A stretch of 53,243 bases of DNA. It comes from Vezdaea acicularis. Its lineage: Eukaryota. The notes beneath the pieces were generated by a model that worked only from the letters and a program-made list of their open reading frames with translations, was not told where the DNA came from and did not search any database. Both the position numbers and the translations under genes were made by a program. Of this stretch, positions 47,798-53,243 are shown piece by piece (position 1 is the stretch's first letter; every line of letters begins with the position of its first letter). The stretch spans positions 1 through 53,243 of the forward strand of contig JAPEUI010000106.1 of the NCBI GenBank assembly GCA_026025075.1. Direction: 5' to 3'.

Positions 47798-50614
47798 CTA
47801 TTTCGGCTCCGACCAATCAACCTGATCCGTTACCTGACCAAGGCCTTCTGCCGTGTAGCTTATCTTCAGTCGTAGCCTTAGTGGGGGCTGTTTTCTGTCA
47901 GAACTGGAACTCTAGAGCTAAACAGATTTACTCACATTCTTGCTTCCTGATACTCTCATTTGCTGGGTAGCTTCCTGACCTCCATCTAGCTCACTGTTGC
48001 TTATAGGTTGTAGCTGTAGCTTCTGCGTTTTTGGAACAGCAGCCTGTAATTGAACAGATGATATTCGATTGAAGTTGCTGTTGTTTCTAAATTTGGCTAG
48101 CGCTTGTACCATTCCTTCCGCATTCCGCTGCAGCTGAATAGTAATGTTGAGGTCGTTCTTGTTGTAGACATGATGAGGAGTAGGGCCAGAGACAGGCGGA
48201 TTTGATGCTGCAGGGGAAGACATTCCACCAAAGAGATCGGCGGATGAGGATCCGTAACTCTGCTGTGGTGGTGGCGTTGCTGCGGCACCTGAAGAACCAA
48301 ATAGGTCCATAATAGCATTTGCATTTGAGCTATATGGCGCAGCCCCTGGTTTAGACGTCTGAGGAGGCGGCGAGGTCGTAGAGAAGCCATCTCCTAGGAT
48401 ATCGGCCAGGAGGTCGGCATTGTTACTCGACCCATTGGTGTTGGCTACTAGGTCTGTAGGAGGAAGGTCGCCACCACCCATCAAATCTAGGAGGAGGTCT
48501 GATTCGGTCTGTTTTGTGACCTTGGCTTTCTTGCCAGGAATGACAGACTTTCGTTTTGGGATCTTCTCTCCGAGCACCCTTTGCTCCTCCCGGATCTCCG
48601 GGGGAGGCATTTTTTCAAGGACACCTCTCCGAATTTCGTCATACGCAAAAAGATTTCCATACTCGACAGCCCGCTGCTGAATCTCAACATCCAGACTGGT
48701 GGAGTTTGCAGAGAGCAATCGCCGAACTCGGTCGATTTGTGCGGGCTCCGACAAACGAGTGGTCAATTTCATTAGGGCAGTGATGATGTACTCCGTAACG
48801 ATCTGATTCGCATAAGCACTGTTAAGAATGGTTGAGAACAAGTCCACCAGGTCATGCTCGTGGACCTGTTGGACAAGCTCTTCTTCCTCGTACGTTCCGC
48901 CTCGTAAGAGAGCGTCACCGTATTCGCCAATAACCCAGGAGCCAGCCAGGGTGAGTCCTTCCTGAGTTATGTCGGATTTTAGACTAGTGTAAAGCTTTTG
49001 TACTGAATAAGTCTGAAGATCTGGGGTTGTAGCGATGAGACGGACGAATGATGACAGTATTTGTTCCTTTACGTAGTTACCAGCCTGTCAAGGTGTCAGT
49101 CCTAGTCCTCGAGTTTTGTCATGTGGAATGGAAAGAACTTGCCAGCTTCAAGACTCGAAGCATTGTGTCAATATGCCAGCGTTTGGTAGGCGCAAACCTA
49201 TCAGCAGCAACACCAATCTGGCTCGTCATGATCGGCTTGAATTCATTGTCTGCAACCTCTAAGAAGGCTAGTAATTCTCGGATCAGTACCCTGACATTTC
49301 CCTCATTGATCAGGGTAAAACTAAGGTCAAGAGCTCTTCTTCGGATACTAATATCTGGATCCCTCAGACAGTCTAGGATTGTGTTCCGATGTCTTTGAAC
49401 TGCATTCGGTTCTACCGCAACGACTTTGATGAGGGTGTTGAGAGCAACATATCGGATGTTATTGTCTTTGTTTGAGAGAAACTTCCCCAAAATATTGACT
49501 CCAAGGACTCGAAGACCAGAGTCGGCTTCAATTTCGAGGATAGTAAGGACTGCTTCGTAGAGAATAGAGTTTCCAACATTCTTTGATGAATCGGTATTCG
49601 TAGCAACCTGGGCCAGAATATCATTGATCTGCTCACTGGTTTGAGCATCTCCTCTCCCCAAGACTCTGAGGAGCTGTAAGATTTTGACTTGGAGGAACGG
49701 ATCTGTGATACCTGAGACATCGTGTTCCGGAGCGTACCCAGAGCTTGTCAGCCCTTTCAAAGTCCGCACCAGGCCGGTTACGAGTGGTCTAAACATCTCC
49801 ACTATTCCTTCCTCTCCACCTTCTGCCTCATCAGCCTCACACATGCTAGTGACTAGCGTCAAGCCGCAGAGGAGAACTCCATGATTTCGATCGGAGAGCA
49901 ATGCTTTTGCCTTTTCTAGAAAGTGTTCCTGGAGGTCTGGTACCTTTCGACATATCCGCATAGCGCAAAGAGCTGCTTTACGGCGAATATAGGGGTTGGC
50001 TGTTGCAAGCAGGGTTTCAATTTCGGAGAACAGATCTCTCGACATCTCGACCGAGGCAATGTTTCCCAATGTGCAAAGGGCTAGGCCAACAACGTACTGA
50101 TTTGAATGGTTTAAATCGCTAATATCAAAGCACATGAGCAGAATTTCACTATGAGGAGAAGGAAACTCTCACTTCTTGAGGGAGTTTGTGACCAGGGTCA
50201 AGACCTCTTGATTCTCGTCCAACAACAACATTGTCCCAAGGTATCCTAAACGCTTGTCCGCAAAGCGCGGAGAAGCTAATAGCTTGAGACATTCTATTTG
50301 ACCAAAATGTGTCCTCTCCCCCAAGGTAAAGAGGTAGAGAAGCTTCGCAACATTGTTCCTCCTGCGTTCAAAAAGATCAGCTATGCCCGCTTGTAATCGT
50401 TGGAGCCTTATATAAGGGTTACCGTACCGTATGTTGGAGTCCCCGCTTTCTTCCCTAAAGCTAGCCCTGATCGCAGCACTCTCTTTTTGAACTACGGCCC
50501 GCTCATCGGCAATTGTCTTCGAAGCTCGAACGTTGCGGATGAATTGCTTCACTGGGGATTGATCAGCCGAAAGTAATATATGGGAGCAGGCACTTAAATC
50601 TCACAGGAGCTCAT
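47798..50614 (-). CDS. APL4: AP-1 adaptor complex gamma subunit (6 exons)
   Basis: [21 protein letters not shown]..., [39 protein letters not shown], and GAE ear ([13 protein letters not shown]...LRLRLKISY). Introns at about 50553-50604, 50362-50427, about 50119-50172, 49085-49142 (GC-AG) and about 47888-47935. TAG 47798-47800. Confidence 0.96.
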
Positions 50615-51363
50615 GGCGATTTCCCCTCGAATGAATATAGGTCAGAATCGACTCTACGCGCTAGCACGAAGGAAAATCACAACCATCTGGCGCAATCATA
50701 GCCCGTATCGTTCGACATGTACTTCGTGAAATTTAACCGTCTCATGAGCATTGATACTTTCATAGGGCTAAAAATCCCGAAAGCGAAAACGGACGCGAGA
50801 GCCAAGCCCCATGGCGCTGTCCAGGCATGTCCCACATGCACTCCGAGTAGCGCAGACTCAGCGCCTGCCATCACTAACCTTAAACTGGGAACCGCAAAGA
50901 ACAGGGCATGCGAACTACAAAGCATCTTGCGTCAAACTCGTATTGGCCATAGCCAGAAGATCGGTCGCATCTCCGTATCACACGCGGCAGCTCATCCGAT
51001 AACTCCGTCAATAGCCAGTTAGATTGTCGTGCGTGACCAGTTCTGCCTTCGTAAACCTTTGGAAGAGTCGGTGCTTTTCGGAGCCGACTCTGACGTAAGA
51101 GACGTCAGAACGGAGCTCCGAGCTTCTCCAGCTGGAACAATTTCTCCCATATATTCCACTGCCAACTCAGCCCCGACTCACCGCACAGACTTTCTTCATT
51201 TTCACCTATAATGTGTCGTAGCAGCAGGCTGCGTCTGTAGACAGTGCACTATTTGGGATGACAGATATTCTCTTATCTGACCCGGCGTAGAGAGCCCAAG
51301 GAAGATCGCAAATCGCCTCTTTATCGTTGAGAAACCGTGACTTGACGGCAACTCTGGCGCAAC

Positions 51364-53112
51364 ATGGCAACCTCAGCGGTTCATCAGGGAAACGGCCATG
51401 GAGACAACATACTGCGGCCGCGAGCTATGAAATTTGCCAATGCGCAAATACTCAGAACGCAGAGTGACGAGAATGGCTTGAAACCTGGTAACGGTATCAT
51501 CACACCCGCTCAATCGAGGTGAGAGCACAGACGTGAAGGGCATTCAATGCGACTATAGCTGATTGAATACAGCGGACGATCTACTCCCGTGCCCCAGGAT
51601 GCTCCACCCTCTGTCAAATCAATATCTTCCGCTCGAAAGCAGATTCGAGACCAGCGGAGGCATCGATTGTTCCCAACGGTTGAATACTTCCCCCGAGTAT
51701 CACACTTCGACCCGGAGAGCGAGTACCAAGACTTCCGAGGCTTCTTCTCCCTCTTCTGGATCGGACTTGCTATTATGGTCATCACTTCCATGCTCCGCAA
51801 TATAAAAGATACCGGATATCCCATGCGATCGAAAATATGGGCGTTGTTCACCATCGACCTTTGGCAGCTAGCATTGGCAGACCTCGCGATGGTGGCAAGT
51901 ACAGCTCTGGCTTTACCATTGCACTACCTATATAGGAGGAGCAACGGCCTCCTCAGGTGGAAGAACGGCGGTATGGCCTTTCAGAGCATTTTCCAAGCCG
52001 GCTGGCTCGTCTTTTGGGTTGCCCTCCCCTTTATACTCGACTGGACATGGACAGCTCAAGTTTATTTCACTTTGCACATACTCACGCTTCTCATGAAAAT
52101 GCATTCCTATTCCTTCTATAACGGCCATCTGAACGAAACACAAAGACGACTCTACGATCTGGATAACCCTGCCGGTGCCTCTACAGCCTCAGCATACCGC
52201 TACCCTAGCTCACGCACCGGGGTACGTGAAGGGGGAACGGAAGACGCTGACTTCGAGGAGAAGGAAAAGGAGAAGGAGGAGGATGATGATGATGATGACA
52301 AGAAGAACGACGTCGACGAAAAGGAGCGTATTGCCTCGCTAAGAGAGGACCTGGCTATGGAGCTCACGTCCCCCCTCGGCCATGTCACCTATCCCCAAAA
52401 CCTCAATGTACCCAACTATGTCGACTACATCCTCTGCCCCACCCTCTGCTACGAGCTCGAATACCCGCGGACAGCGTCAGTCCGTTGGACGCAGGTTCTC
52501 TTCAAAACACTCGCCGTCTTCGGATGCATCTTCCTCCTCACCATCATCTCAGAAGAGTTCATCCTGCCCGTTATGGCGGAATCCGCCCTGCGGCTCGAAG
52601 ACGTGCACTCGCTGACCGAACGGGCGCTCATCCTCGCCGAAAGCATCAGCATGATCCTCTTCCCCTTCATGATTACCTTCCTCCTCGTCTTCCTCGTCAT
52701 CTTCGAATACGTCCTGGGCGCCTTCGCGGAAATCACCCGCTTCGCCGACCGCCAGTTCTACGCCGACTGGTGGAACAGCGTCGACTGGCTCGAGTTCTCC
52801 CGCGAGTGGAACATCCCCGTCCACCACTTCTTCCGCCGCCACGTCTACGGCGCCTCCCGCCCCCACCTCTCCCGCCCCACCGCCACCCTCGTCACTTTCC
52901 TCATCTCCGCCGTCGGCCACGAACTCGTCATGGCCTGCATCACCAAGAAAATGCGCGGCTACGGCTTCCTCGCCCAGATGACCCAGCTCCCCATCGTCAT
53001 GCTCCAGCGAACCCCCTGGGTCCGCGGCAAGCGCGTCTTCAATAATGTCTGCTTCTGGTGCTCCATGATTCTGGGTCTCAGCATGATGTGCTCGCTCTAT
53101 GTCTTGGTCTGA
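51364..53112 (+). CDS. ARE2: Sterol O-acyltransferase (ACAT/Are2, MBOAT family; 2 exons)
   Basis: Exon 1 MATSAVHQGNGH..LRPR joins via intron 51519-51572 to SGRSTP. Motifs DFRGF, MKMHSYSFYNG, YP.N......DY..CPTLCYELEYPR, FYADWWN, EWNIPVHHF and catalytic SAVGHELV. Confidence 0.93.
52255..52300 (+). repeat. Coding trinucleotide microsatellite ((GAG/AAG)n then (GAT)5GAC) encoding EEKEKEKEEDDDDDD
   Basis: gaggagaaggaaaaggagaaggaggaggatgatgatgatgatgac in the cytosolic loop of ARE2. Confidence 0.7.
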
Positions 53113-53243
53113 AGGACGCCTCGCTTTCGGCTTGTCGTCTTGTCGTTTCTTTTTCTTTTTTCGCTCATGTTTCTCGTCTATGCTCGGGAAGGGGCTGCTT
53201 TTGTTTTTGGGTTGGGATGAATTATATGAGATGGGTATATGGA

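Noticed and set aside
52382..53045. His/Arg/Pro-rich and Gly/Glu-rich overlapping ORFs
   Set aside because: Artefacts of the high GC3 in ARE2.
1..53243. Transposons, RIP-degraded repeats, CRISPR arrays, rRNA, TPP riboswitch, stop-codon readthrough to a cryptic PTS1
   Set aside because: I saw no transposase/RT motifs, terminal repeats, AT-rich RIP blocks, spaced direct repeats or riboswitch consensus. None of the stop codons I checked had a TGA-CTA readthrough context.

Overview
Eukaryotic, gene-dense window from a filamentous ascomycete (Pezizomycotina): short spliceosomal introns with CTRAY branch sites, and no transposon, CRISPR or rRNA signal. By hand I can build about 22 protein-coding gene models: EXPERA-type membrane protein, RNase T2, TetX-like flavin monooxygenase, PheRS beta, PP2A A subunit, EFM4, MOT1, Ark1/Prk1-family kinase, MED10, PFF1-type M28 protease, a metallophosphoesterase, a UBL-BAG co-chaperone, TeaR, GRR1, an acyl-CoA synthetase, RPL16/uL13, glutaredoxin, an AIM18-like protein, AP-1 gamma, sterol O-acyltransferase and two orphan ORFs. 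A U1 snRNA gene at about 44180-44328 is invisible to the ORF track. The most interesting signals concern translation initiation. The BAG gene has an 83-codon, TM-containing N-terminal extension that starts at a GUG in ideal Kozak context with no in-frame AUG. The glutaredoxin has a mitochondrial-presequence-like extension reachable only from AUU/UUG. MED10 has an upstream in-frame AUG adding 57 residues. Other signals: a PTS2 plus FarA/CreA-like sites on the acyl-CoA synthetase, a GC-AG intron in AP-1 gamma, and a PP2A 5'UTR intron that contains all upstream AUGs. Exon boundaries were inferred by eye and no database searches were run.
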